Assembly (NCBI RefSeq): GCF_012641435.1
Contig: NZ_JABAIJ010000004.1
Coordinates: forward strand, 78,428 to 102,427
Origin: Rhizobium sp. P38BS-XIX
GTDB lineage: Bacteria > Pseudomonadota > Alphaproteobacteria > Rhizobiales > Rhizobiaceae
DNA: 24,000 nt
Direction: 5' to 3'
The translations under genes were made by a program, and so were the position numbers. Below the pieces are notes generated by a model. The model was not told the DNA's origin. It made no database searches and saw only the letters and a program-made list of their open reading frames with translations. Of the stretch, positions 1 to 7,426 are shown piece by piece. Each line of letters starts with the position of its first letter. The stretch's first letter is position 1.

Positions 1-486
1 TGTTCGGTATGTGGCGTCCGACATGAGGGATTTATCACCGATCGGGCCTACAAACTTCCTGATGATGTTTGGAGCATTCCGGAGGCCGAGAGATCGGAAA
101 AGGCAAAGTTCGACAGCGATTTTTGCCAGTTGGGCGAAAGATTCTTCATAAGGTGCATTCTACTCGTACCATTTTCCGACTGCTCTGGTACGTTCGGCTG
201 GGGAGTTTGGGCGGAAGTCGATTGGCCCACCTTCGAGAGATATATGGAGCTGTACGAAGTGGACGGTTCAGCAGAGCCTGCACATAGGGGGCTCCTGGCG
301 AACGAAATCCCCGGTTATCCGCAGTCTCTGGGCAAAGGAATTGTAATTAATTTTGGAACCGCGTCTTCACGCCCCACCATCCGCCTCACCAGCGAGGATG
401 ATAGCCAGCTTGCGGAGGAACAGCGCCAGGGAATGGACCATACTCGACACCTCGAGATCATAGCTTCGATCGAGGCTACTAACTGA
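1..486 (+). CDS. DUF2199-like protein, 5' end cut by window edge
   Basis: Frame 1 is open from base 1 (CSVCGVRHEGFITDRAYKLPDD...DFCQLGERFFIRC...) and continues into the listed 130..486 ORF. The CxxCG..H start and the FIRC, FGWGVWAEV and QLAEEQRQGM motifs match my recollection of DUF2199. Stop TGA at 484-486. Confidence 0.75.
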   Translation, partial: CSVCGVRHEGFITDRAYKLPDDVWSIPEAERSEKAKFDSDFCQLGERFFIRCILLVPFSDCSGTFGWGVWAEVDWPTFERYMELYEVDGSAEPAHRGLLANEIPGYPQSLGKGIVINFGTASSRPTIRLTSEDDSQLAEEQRQGMDHTRHLEIIASIEATN

Positions 487-653
487 CTGGACGCGCCGAA
501 CGGTCAATAGTACGCAGCTGTCAACACGTCAGCATTCGGCCCAGACCAGTCATTGCTCGTCGCAAAAATCGGTCGTGAGTTACCGACTTTTGCGAGTGAG
601 TTTAGCGACGAAGATTTCCCTAAAGTTCAATCTAAGTGCTTCCGTTATGGAAT

Positions 654-1214
654 TCAGGAGTTGCGCGACATTGCCCGCAATCTATCCGCCATAAACTCGG
701 CACGCTGCTCAATCCCCACTAGAGGGAGCTCGACAATCTGATAGCCAAGTCGGGTATAGGTTTCAGCCATGATCATGCCTGTCGCCTCGGCTTCTTGCCG
801 ATCTTGCTTGCGCTCGGTGTCCTGCGTGAAAATGGCGTCCCAATACGGTGCGAGAAAAACCTGCTTGTTGTAGGGATAGATTTCCGCCGCCGCCTCTATA
901 TGAGCCGGAACAGGAAGATTGCAGAGTGTGAGATAGCCGACAACATCAGGTATCCCGCGATCCATAAGGACAGGCACATCACTTGCGACAGCCTCCTGAT
1001 AAGAACGCAACTCCCAACCCAACATGAGTTCAGCGAACATAGCTCGATCCGCCCACGGCAGCGCTGGCCCGTCAATCCTAACCTGATCTTGTATGATCGC
1101 TCTGCCTGCTTCTGGCATTGTGCGGAAGCCGCGCTCGGCCATCGCTTTAATCAGACTACTTTTGCCGGAACCGGGGCCACCGGTAACGACGAACATATGT
1201 TCGGCGAAAGCCAT
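654..1214 (-). CDS. P-loop ATPase (AAA_28 / NadR-type-like)
   Basis: 186-aa ORF with a Walker A motif at the N-terminus (VVTGGPGSGKSSL). A strong SD (GGAAGGAG) lies a few nt upstream of the ATG at 1214. No competing ORF is credible. Confidence 0.85.
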   Translation of the reverse strand: MAFAEHMFVVTGGPGSGKSSLIKAMAERGFRTMPEAGRAIIQDQVRIDGPALPWADRAMFAELMLGWELRSYQEAVASDVPVLMDRGIPDVVGYLTLCNLPVPAHIEAAAEIYPYNKQVFLAPYWDAIFTQDTERKQDRQEAEATGMIMAETYTRLGYQIVELPLVGIEQRAEFMADRLRAMSRNS

Positions 1215-1409
1215 AGAAACTCCTTCCGCGTGTGCGGTGAGATTACATTAAGTTGAAGGGTGAAGTGCATCCGTGCCCGCATTCAATGTGGCAGACGATG
1301 CAAAAAAGGGCTGAACCTGATACTATCTCAAGCTTGCCCAGCGTCAAAGTAGAGCGCCTGAAGGGGTAAGTCTAGGGAATTTTGCGACAGCCGCTACGTC
1401 TTCTTCTGG

Positions 1410-2975
1410 CAGATTTCGTTGAAAAACTCGCAGGATTGGCTACTCATCCGCCCGATTTCGTTTTTCCGGGCGGCGTACCTATGCTTATGTGCCCTGCGCT
1501 GTGGCGCAGGACCTCAATTCATGTCGCTCTCACGCAGCAATAACGCCAGATGGCGGCGTTTGTGGTCTGAGTTTTGCCAGCCTCCTCAGGTTCTGCGCCG
1601 TTGCGGCAAGCAGGAATTCGTCTCGCGCACAACATGGTCCCCGAAGTCAAAGACGCGCCACCCGTAGAATGCGTTTGAGATGCGCGAAGAGCATCTCGAC
1701 TTTCTTCCGGCGGTGACGCGACAGTTCATATTTTGGTGTAGCCGCAATTGCTCTGGCAACATCACGCGCATCTTCATTGAGATCGCGGGGCACTTTACGC
1801 ATAGGCGTCTTAGGACAACAACACTGCTTCAGGTCACAGACATCACAGTCCTTTTTGCTGGCACGATAAATCCGTGTTCCTTCGGCCGTGATCCCTGATC
1901 TCGGCGTATCGTAAGTGCGGTGGAACTGCTTCAGCTCGTTCCCGGCAGGACAGATGTATCGCGCGTTCTCAGCTTCCCAGGCGAAATCCGAACGTGAGAA
2001 GGTGCCGTCTGTGCGGTTCGACTTGTCAAAGACAGGAATGTGCGGCGCGATCTTCTTCTTGACCAGCCATGCCAAGTTATCGGCGGAACCGTAAGCACTG
2101 TCGGCAGCCACATAGTCCGGCCTCAAGCCAAAGCGATTCTCGGTCCTTTCGAGCATCGTGCGGGATGCCCCGACTTCGGCTTGGCGGATCGCACGCGTCG
2201 CCTCCACATCGACAATGACACCATGATCGGCGTCTATCAGATAATTGGTTGCGTAGGCGAAGAAGGCATGGCCTTTGTGAGCGCCGGTCCATTGGGCGGC
2301 AGGGTCAAACGGGGAGATGAACTTTGGCGTCACTGGCGACGCAGCACCGAAAGCGGCATCATCGAGAACAGCCAGATACTCCTGTACCGAACGGCTAGCG
2401 TCTTCCTTTGCTTCCCACTCGGCTCCTGGTACCGAACACTGCTTATTTGCATCCTCTGCTATAAGGCTGGCATCGACGGCAAATCCTTCCGCGCCCACCA
2501 ATCCCTGAGCGAGGCATCGCTCCACCACCGTTTCGAACATATGTCGCAGGATATCGCTCTGCCGAAACCTGCCGTGGCGATTCTTCGAGAAGCTGGAGTG
2601 ATCAGGTACCTTGCCGTTCAATCCGAGGCGGTAGAACCAGCGGTAGGCGAGGTTGAGATGGACCTCTTCACACAGCCGCCGCTCCGAACGAATGCCCATT
2701 GCGTAACCGACAATCAGCATCCGCATCATCAGTTCGGGATCGACCGAGGGACGGCCAGTGCTGCTATAGAAAGGCTTCAACTGCTCTCGAACGCCATCAA
2801 GTTCGAGATGACGGTCTATTCCACGCAACAGGTGCTCGGCGGGGACGTGATCATCAAGGCAGAAGTCGTAGAAGAGCTGCCCCGGAGTTGCCTGACATCC
2901 CATCATCGCCCAATCCTCCGCAAATCAATGAGGCGATTGAATCACGGTATGGGAGCACCGACAACGCAAATTCTG
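1410..2975 (-). mobile_element. IS5/IS1182-family insertion sequence (boundaries approximate)
   Basis: A single DDE transposase gene is flanked by imperfect inverted ends: cagatttcgttg at 1410-1421 against the reverse complement of 2962-2975 (cagaatttgcgttg). A second GATTTCG/GATTTGCG-like copy lies about 50 nt inside each end. No clear target-site duplication was seen. Confidence 0.55.
1647..2906 (-). CDS. IS5/IS1182-family DDE transposase, ORF ended by an in-frame TGA (possible pseudogene)
   Basis: The N-terminus (LFYDFCLDDHVPAEHLLRGIDR...GRPSVDPELMMRMLIVGYAMGIRSERRLCEEVHLNLAYRWF) is typical of this transposase family. The C-terminal R-x3-E-x6-K signature is present (RKKVEMLFAHLK). After the TGA at 1647-1649 the same frame continues for 38 codons (LRGPCCARDEFLLAATAQNLRRLAKL...) to a TGA at 1530-1532. 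SD GGAGGA sits upstream of the tandem ATGs. Confidence 0.9.
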   Translation of the reverse strand: MMGCQATPGQLFYDFCLDDHVPAEHLLRGIDRHLELDGVREQLKPFYSSTGRPSVDPELMMRMLIVGYAMGIRSERRLCEEVHLNLAYRWFYRLGLNGKVPDHSSFSKNRHGRFRQSDILRHMFETVVERCLAQGLVGAEGFAVDASLIAEDANKQCSVPGAEWEAKEDASRSVQEYLAVLDDAAFGAASPVTPKFISPFDPAAQWTGAHKGHAFFAYATNYLIDADHGVIVDVEATRAIRQAEVGASRTMLERTENRFGLRPDYVAADSAYGSADNLAWLVKKKIAPHIPVFDKSNRTDGTFSRSDFAWEAENARYICPAGNELKQFHRTYDTPRSGITAEGTRIYRASKKDCDVCDLKQCCCPKTPMRKVPRDLNEDARDVARAIAATPKYELSRHRRKKVEMLFAHLKRILRVARL

Positions 2976-3053
2976 AAAGCGATTATCGGGAGCTTCATAT
3001 AGAAGGAATCCTTCTCGCCCGCTTACTTGTCGACGAACAGATGACAGATCGTT

Positions 3054-3446
3054 ATGCCCGAATACACTCCAATCAACACTGGCGTCTCCATGGAGGCAAG
3101 CCTGAGTGACTTAGCAAACTTGCGTTGGGAGGCCGACGGAATTGAAGCGGATTTTATTGTACCGCATGATTCGGAGCATCTTCTACGAATTTCCTTCAAT
3201 CGAGCATGCATCGTTCGACTGGTTGATGAGATGCCACTAAGCACTGAGCATGAAGACAGTCTCAATTCTGGGCTGGTATCAGAGCATTTCGCATATTCGG
3301 TAACCGGAGCCACGTTTGAACGCTCACAATCAGAAGCGTGGAAGGCTTCCGTTGGCAATACAAAACATTACCGGTTTATTACGGGATGGGCATGCATGGA
3401 TGTTCTCTCGTCGGCCTTTCCGACTTTTGAATTGGTAAGTTCCTAG
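3054..3446 (+). CDS. hypothetical protein (130 aa)
   Basis: This is the only sizeable ORF here, with a protein-like composition. I recognise no family, and the SD is weak. Confidence 0.5.
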   Translation: MPEYTPINTGVSMEASLSDLANLRWEADGIEADFIVPHDSEHLLRISFNRACIVRLVDEMPLSTEHEDSLNSGLVSEHFAYSVTGATFERSQSEAWKASVGNTKHYRFITGWACMDVLSSAFPTFELVSS

Positions 3447-3593
3447 CTCCGCTCTGCCGTATTTTGACATTAGTCTTTACGAAAATCCGATATTTGCCGA
3501 AATGTTCGAAAGCGAGAATATCCCGATGGAGTTTTTCAACAGTATCGGCCCTAAGCGGACTTTCCATCAAAGGAAGTCGAAAGCTCATTTCCT

Positions 3594-3902
3594 CTAGGTT
3601 CGCATATTGGCAATGGTCATCTCGCTCAGATCGCGAATAAGCCCACTGACGTCGCCCCCAAGTTTTATCCAGTTTTGAGTTTGCTCCAGCGGTCGTGTGA
3701 AGCGCTCCCCGATTTTGGGCCAGACCACGAGAACCGGAAAACCTGATATACTTTGCGGACCTTGAACGGAGCCCCCGGGCCTGAACCAGGCTAGAGAGAT
3801 TGAGCGAATGGACGGGAGTTGCATGGAATTCACGACCGCAAGAAATTCAGACATAGATTTTATTTCAAGTGGCTTTTCTGAGATCAAGACGCTCCCCACC
3901 AT
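3594..3902 (-). CDS. hypothetical ORF (102 aa), doubtful
   Basis: The ORF has plausible composition. Its stop is followed by AGGAA and the ATG of a further 69-aa ORF. Its 5' end overlaps the likely GNAT start on the other strand, and I see no family recognition. Confidence 0.25.
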   Translation of the reverse strand: MVGSVLISEKPLEIKSMSEFLAVVNSMQLPSIRSISLAWFRPGGSVQGPQSISGFPVLVVWPKIGERFTRPLEQTQNWIKLGGDVSGLIRDLSEMTIANMRT

Positions 3903-4374
3903 AGAAGGAGGTCCAGCCTATGCAGACCCTGGCTGGATAGCATCCAGATTGGAATCAAGAATTGATCCGCTGTATCAGTTGAAGCAATTTTCTATTGCGA
4001 ATATTAATTCACATCGAGTTGGATTTATTCAAATACTTGATTTTGCCTTACTTAAAGACCACTTTCGTTTCCATAAGGCACTTGGATTATACGATGTGAA
4101 TGAGGAAGTATTAAACTTCAAAAAACCACTTTCGATTATCAATTCAATCTATGTCTGCAAGGACTTTAGGCGGCGCGGCATAGGTAGGGCGATGATAGAA
4201 CAGGTTAAAAACAATCGCGAACGCAGCATTGGAATCTTTTATTCGAAATATAATTCTGAGAATATTGAATTCTACCTAAATTCCGGATTTGTGAAATTTA
4301 TTCCTGATTATAACAATATCAAAAGAAACCAGGAAATTTTCCTGATGGTGGACGAAATTGCTTCGAGCGACTGA
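3808..4374 (+). CDS. GNAT-family N-acetyltransferase
   Basis: Classical acetyl-CoA binding motif A (IYVCKDFRRRGIGRAMIEQV), followed by a NSGF motif. The gene body is markedly AT-rich compared with its neighbours. The start is uncertain (ATG 3808 or 3823). Confidence 0.8.
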   Translation: MDGSCMEFTTARNSDIDFISSGFSEIKTLPTIEGGPAYADPGWIASRLESRIDPLYQLKQFSIANINSHRVGFIQILDFALLKDHFRFHKALGLYDVNEEVLNFKKPLSIINSIYVCKDFRRRGIGRAMIEQVKNNRERSIGIFYSKYNSENIEFYLNSGFVKFIPDYNNIKRNQEIFLMVDEIASSD

Positions 4375-4418
4375 CACTAAGTTTGACAGAAGCCATCCTT
4401 CCCAAAGGAGACAAATAC

Positions 4419-4718
4419 CTATTCGAACCTGAGCCAGGCTTCACCTTCTACGAGCCGACCACCATGCTCGCAGGCATCGCCCATGCGTGCAACCTTCTTG
4501 CCGTTGATCGTGGCTACGGACGAGCCGCCTGTAATCGCTGCCGTCGTCGGAACACCGGTACATACGCATTTATCGCCGACGGTCGCGAGAGGAACGCCGT
4601 TCACCTTGACGAAGCCTTGCTGGCACGATTGCACCGGCCCACCTACGTGGGGCTTCGGACCTGGATCGCACATCGGACAGACGTGCATTTGACCCTTCAA
4701 TGTTGCCGGGCTTCCCAT
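4419..4718 (-). CDS. PAAR-domain protein (T6SS spike tip)
   Basis: The 99-aa sequence MGSPATLKGQMHVCPMCDPGPKPHVGGPV...GDKCVC...INGKKVARMGDACEHGG matches the PAAR repeat pattern. SD GAGGGA lies 5 nt upstream of the ATG at 4718. Confidence 0.9.
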   Translation of the reverse strand: MGSPATLKGQMHVCPMCDPGPKPHVGGPVQSCQQGFVKVNGVPLATVGDKCVCTGVPTTAAITGGSSVATINGKKVARMGDACEHGGRLVEGEAWLRFE

Positions 4719-4848
4719 TCATATCCCTCACAAGTCATATGCGGGTTCGCCCGCTTCGTGTTCAACGGTCACCGCATCGGGACGCTATTTCCTGAGCCAG
4801 ATGTGACCAAGCTAAACATCACCTCGCTCTGCTCATCACTTTCCGGGT

Positions 4849-5808
4849 TTATGCTTTAGGCGTGAACAGCTTCGTGCCGGGGCAAACAAAACGCATCCAT
4901 TTCTCACCGTCAAAACGTGCGATGTCGTCATAGCCAAAGGACCACAACACATCGCCGATAGCCTGCAAACGATGCGCATTCTGCAATTTCGGAACAAGCC
5001 CGGTCTCGACCTTGGACAAGGTCCCCGAAGCATAGGTGTAAATCGCATTTACCGAGTTCACCCAGACTTGCCCCTTGAAAAAGGCGATGGAGAGGAATTC
5101 CTCATAGCAACCCAGGTTGCCAACACTGGTAAATCCACTTTGGGCGCTGCCGTGAAGAAGGGCGCCATTTCGACCGCAGGCCCACACCGTCCCGGAGGTG
5201 GGATCGGCCGCGACCGCGTTAAGCCAATCGCCCGACGGGTTGAATTCGTCCACCCAGATGCCATTGCTTCTGGAGCAGATCCGGCCTCTGCCACCCATTC
5301 TGGTCACGGCGTAGAATGACCCGCCCGACGCACACATGTCGGTTACGTCATAGTCATCATTGATGGACCCGAGCAACCCTTCGTCGAAATGTTCCCATTT
5401 TCCGGGGGCGATGCGCCGGTAGATTTGGCCAGCCAGGCCAAATGCGAAGAGTTCGTTGTTAAGCTGTTTGATTCCGCCGAGATAGCCAAGACCCAGGCAG
5501 CCGGACTTGTGCAGACCGGCATCGGCGATGTCTTCCTCGATACGCGTCGGAAGATGGAACCAGACCTTTCCTTCTTCCGAAACGCAGACAAATGCCGGAC
5601 GGTCCATGTCATCCGACTTGAACGTGCAGATGTCTCTGAAGATATCCTGGATATTCTCCAGCCCCCATTGGCCATCGGGTGTGCCGATGTCTTTAAGCAC
5701 GATGAGCTTGGTTGGCGGTTCGAATGGATCGCTGTCGCCAACATAGGCCAGGAACATGGCCAGATGGGGGTATTTGGCAAATCCGTTCCGAAAGCGTAGA
5801 TAGTCCAA
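4849..5808 (-). CDS. hypothetical protein, probable cognate immunity protein (beta-propeller-like repeats)
   Basis: The 319-aa ORF sits directly downstream of the effector candidate, with a 13-nt gap. It uses a TTG start at 5808 preceded by GAGGTG. Recurrent G-x-[VIL]-[WY] strand-like motifs occur (GKVWFH, GQIYRR, GSFYAV, GTVWACG, GQVWVNS, GDVLWSFG). The immunity role is inferred from position only. Confidence 0.7.
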   Translation of the reverse strand: MDYLRFRNGFAKYPHLAMFLAYVGDSDPFEPPTKLIVLKDIGTPDGQWGLENIQDIFRDICTFKSDDMDRPAFVCVSEEGKVWFHLPTRIEEDIADAGLHKSGCLGLGYLGGIKQLNNELFAFGLAGQIYRRIAPGKWEHFDEGLLGSINDDYDVTDMCASGGSFYAVTRMGGRGRICSRSNGIWVDEFNPSGDWLNAVAADPTSGTVWACGRNGALLHGSAQSGFTSVGNLGCYEEFLSIAFFKGQVWVNSVNAIYTYASGTLSKVETGLVPKLQNAHRLQAIGDVLWSFGYDDIARFDGEKWMRFVCPGTKLFTPKA

Positions 5809-5821
5809 TTTTCACCTCGCT

Positions 5822-6472
5822 TTATTCCAGTCCGTCGCCAATGCCACGTCCGAACAATCTGTCTATTTGATTTTGGTTGGGAAGTGGGCTCTTTTGATGC
5901 CTGATGGGAGCGTCGTCACCCATCTTCTCGAACGCTTTATCGACTTGGGACTTCAGGTCGCCCATCTTCCCTTCGCATTCCGGCTTCACCTTCTTGATCG
6001 CGTCCATCGCAATATCTTTGACCTGACCAAGCGTAGCGCCCGGCCCAAGGTTTTTGACCGCCCGATCCATCAGTTGATGTACACTAGTGTGTTCGGTATC
6101 ATCAAGGCAGATGCTTGGCCCGTCATCCAGCGAGGGCGCGTTTGGCAGCCGCAGGCTGTCATCTAGTCGTTTTCCGGCTCGAATCACATAATCGGCAATG
6201 ATGTGGTGTTTCTGCTGGTTCTCGCCGCATTTGAGTTTGTTGTACTTGTCAAATTTGCATTTGTCTTCTGGCGGGCAATTACCTGTTGCACAGGTGGCGG
6301 TGTCGGCCTTGGTCTGCGCGTCAGCCTGTGTGTCCGCATTCGGGGTATCCGAACTCAACCCAACGGCCAAAAGGATACCGCCGCCGATCCATGTTGCGGC
6401 GTTGACGAGCGCGGGACCCCAAACCGGTGCAGTTTCTACTACGAAATACCCTGCAGCCACTGCGGGAGGCAT
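5822..6472 (-). CDS. putative T6SS effector: hydrophobic N-terminus plus Cys-rich HNH/EndoVII-like C-terminal region
   Basis: The 216-aa ORF has an ATG that overlaps the TAA of the DUF4123 gene (TAATG at 6470-6474). Residues 1-40 are hydrophobic (AVAAGYFVV...WIGGGILLAVGL). QKHHIIADY (H89, H90), LPN(111)AP and TEH(128)TSVH(132) give an HH...N...H...H spacing reminiscent of the AHH/GHH/SHH toxin clades. Confidence 0.7.
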   Translation of the reverse strand: MPPAVAAGYFVVETAPVWGPALVNAATWIGGGILLAVGLSSDTPNADTQADAQTKADTATCATGNCPPEDKCKFDKYNKLKCGENQQKHHIIADYVIRAGKRLDDSLRLPNAPSLDDGPSICLDDTEHTSVHQLMDRAVKNLGPGATLGQVKDIAMDAIKKVKPECEGKMGDLKSQVDKAFEKMGDDAPIRHQKSPLPNQNQIDRLFGRGIGDGLE

Positions 6473-7422
6473 TAGCGATTCTCCCTTGCATAATTGAGAC
6501 TGGCCTGAAGCAACAGCTGTACACGCTTGTCGGGAGAAACAGCGGGATCGCGCGCCGTCATGACTTTGACGACGTCAGGATTTGTCGTGAGTTTGCCTGA
6601 TGTCGCGACCTGCATATAGCTCCACCGGGCAAGTGCGGCCTCGCTTTGAACGCCGTATTTGCGCCCCTCATTTATGTAGCCTTGCGTTACCGCGGACAGT
6701 TCGGCGTCGCTCATGGCGGCCGTTTGCGATGGGGCGACATTGCGCAGGTAATTGCAGATCCGCCGCTTCGAAGCCTGTGCCATCAAATCGTTCGTGGCCG
6801 ATATCTCACTTGGCGTAATAGCAAGCAGGCCTTTCGGCATGGGCGGGAGGTTGTTGGACTTTGTCACCCGCTTCATACCGCCATAGTCTGTGGCATTCAT
6901 GAAGATGGTCGTCGCCGGGCCGAGAATTCGTGCGAACTGCGACTTCGTAAATGAATGCAGCAATGATCCCAGTACGTTCGGGTCCCAATGGCGGAACAAT
7001 ACACGCTCATAGACAACTTTCTTGCCTGATCGGCCATCATTGCCCGCGATGCGGTCGTCCGGGACCAGAATCCGGTTGAGGGTTCGCAGGTGCTTGTAGA
7101 GCGCCGCCTCTCCGGCCGGACATGACCAGAACACAGCACAGGGCTTTTCCAACGCAAAGTCTGCAACCTGATCGCAGATATGCCTGTTGACGAGCGAAAC
7201 CAGCCACGGTCCGTCGCGCCGCCACTTGGGATCGCCTCCCGCGAGGAACAATGACCGGGCGGGAATGTCCAGACTGAGCAACTCATGCTGCAAATCATCG
7301 AAATGCGCGCCATCAAGCACGGCAAACGCTGGTCCCGCCGCCATCATGTCGGCGAGTCCCGTACGAAAACGCGTTGAGAACGCGTCCTCTTCGGCTGGCA
7401 TTGCGGTTTGCATGGCTGTCAT
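6472..7422 (-). CDS. DUF4123-domain T6SS effector adaptor/chaperone (Tap/TEC-like)
   Basis: FAVLDGAHFDDL, GPWLVSL and VLFRHWDPNVLGSLL correspond to the conserved DUF4123 blocks (YALLDGA, PWLV, FRFYDPRVL). The ATG lies 4 nt after the vgrG stop, with GAGGA upstream. Confidence 0.9.
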   Translation of the reverse strand: MTAMQTAMPAEEDAFSTRFRTGLADMMAAGPAFAVLDGAHFDDLQHELLSLDIPARSLFLAGGDPKWRRDGPWLVSLVNRHICDQVADFALEKPCAVFWSCPAGEAALYKHLRTLNRILVPDDRIAGNDGRSGKKVVYERVLFRHWDPNVLGSLLHSFTKSQFARILGPATTIFMNATDYGGMKRVTKSNNLPPMPKGLLAITPSEISATNDLMAQASKRRICNYLRNVAPSQTAAMSDAELSAVTQGYINEGRKYGVQSEAALARWSYMQVATSGKLTTNPDVVKVMTARDPAVSPDKRVQLLLQASLNYARENR

Positions 7423-7426
7423 CTGT

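Noticed and set aside
2040-3002. 320-aa plus-strand ORF
   Set aside because: It is antisense to the clearly recognisable transposase gene. It is a typical shadow ORF of GC-rich DNA with no recognisable motifs.
3379-3588. 69-aa minus-strand ORF following the 102-aa ORF
   Set aside because: It overlaps the 3' end of the 3054..3446 ORF by 68 nt, I recognise no family, and the SD is too close to the ATG. The evidence is insufficient to call it.
3919-3939. Strong SD-like GAAGGAGG (3904-3911) followed by an ATG at 3919
   Set aside because: The ATG is out of frame with the GNAT ORF and opens only a 6-codon peptide (atg cag acc ctg gct gga tag). The GGAGG is therefore probably coding sequence (EGG) of the GNAT N-terminus.
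4383-4859. 158-aa plus-strand ORF
   Set aside because: It is antisense to the PAAR gene, whose motifs and SD are convincing. It is a shadow ORF.
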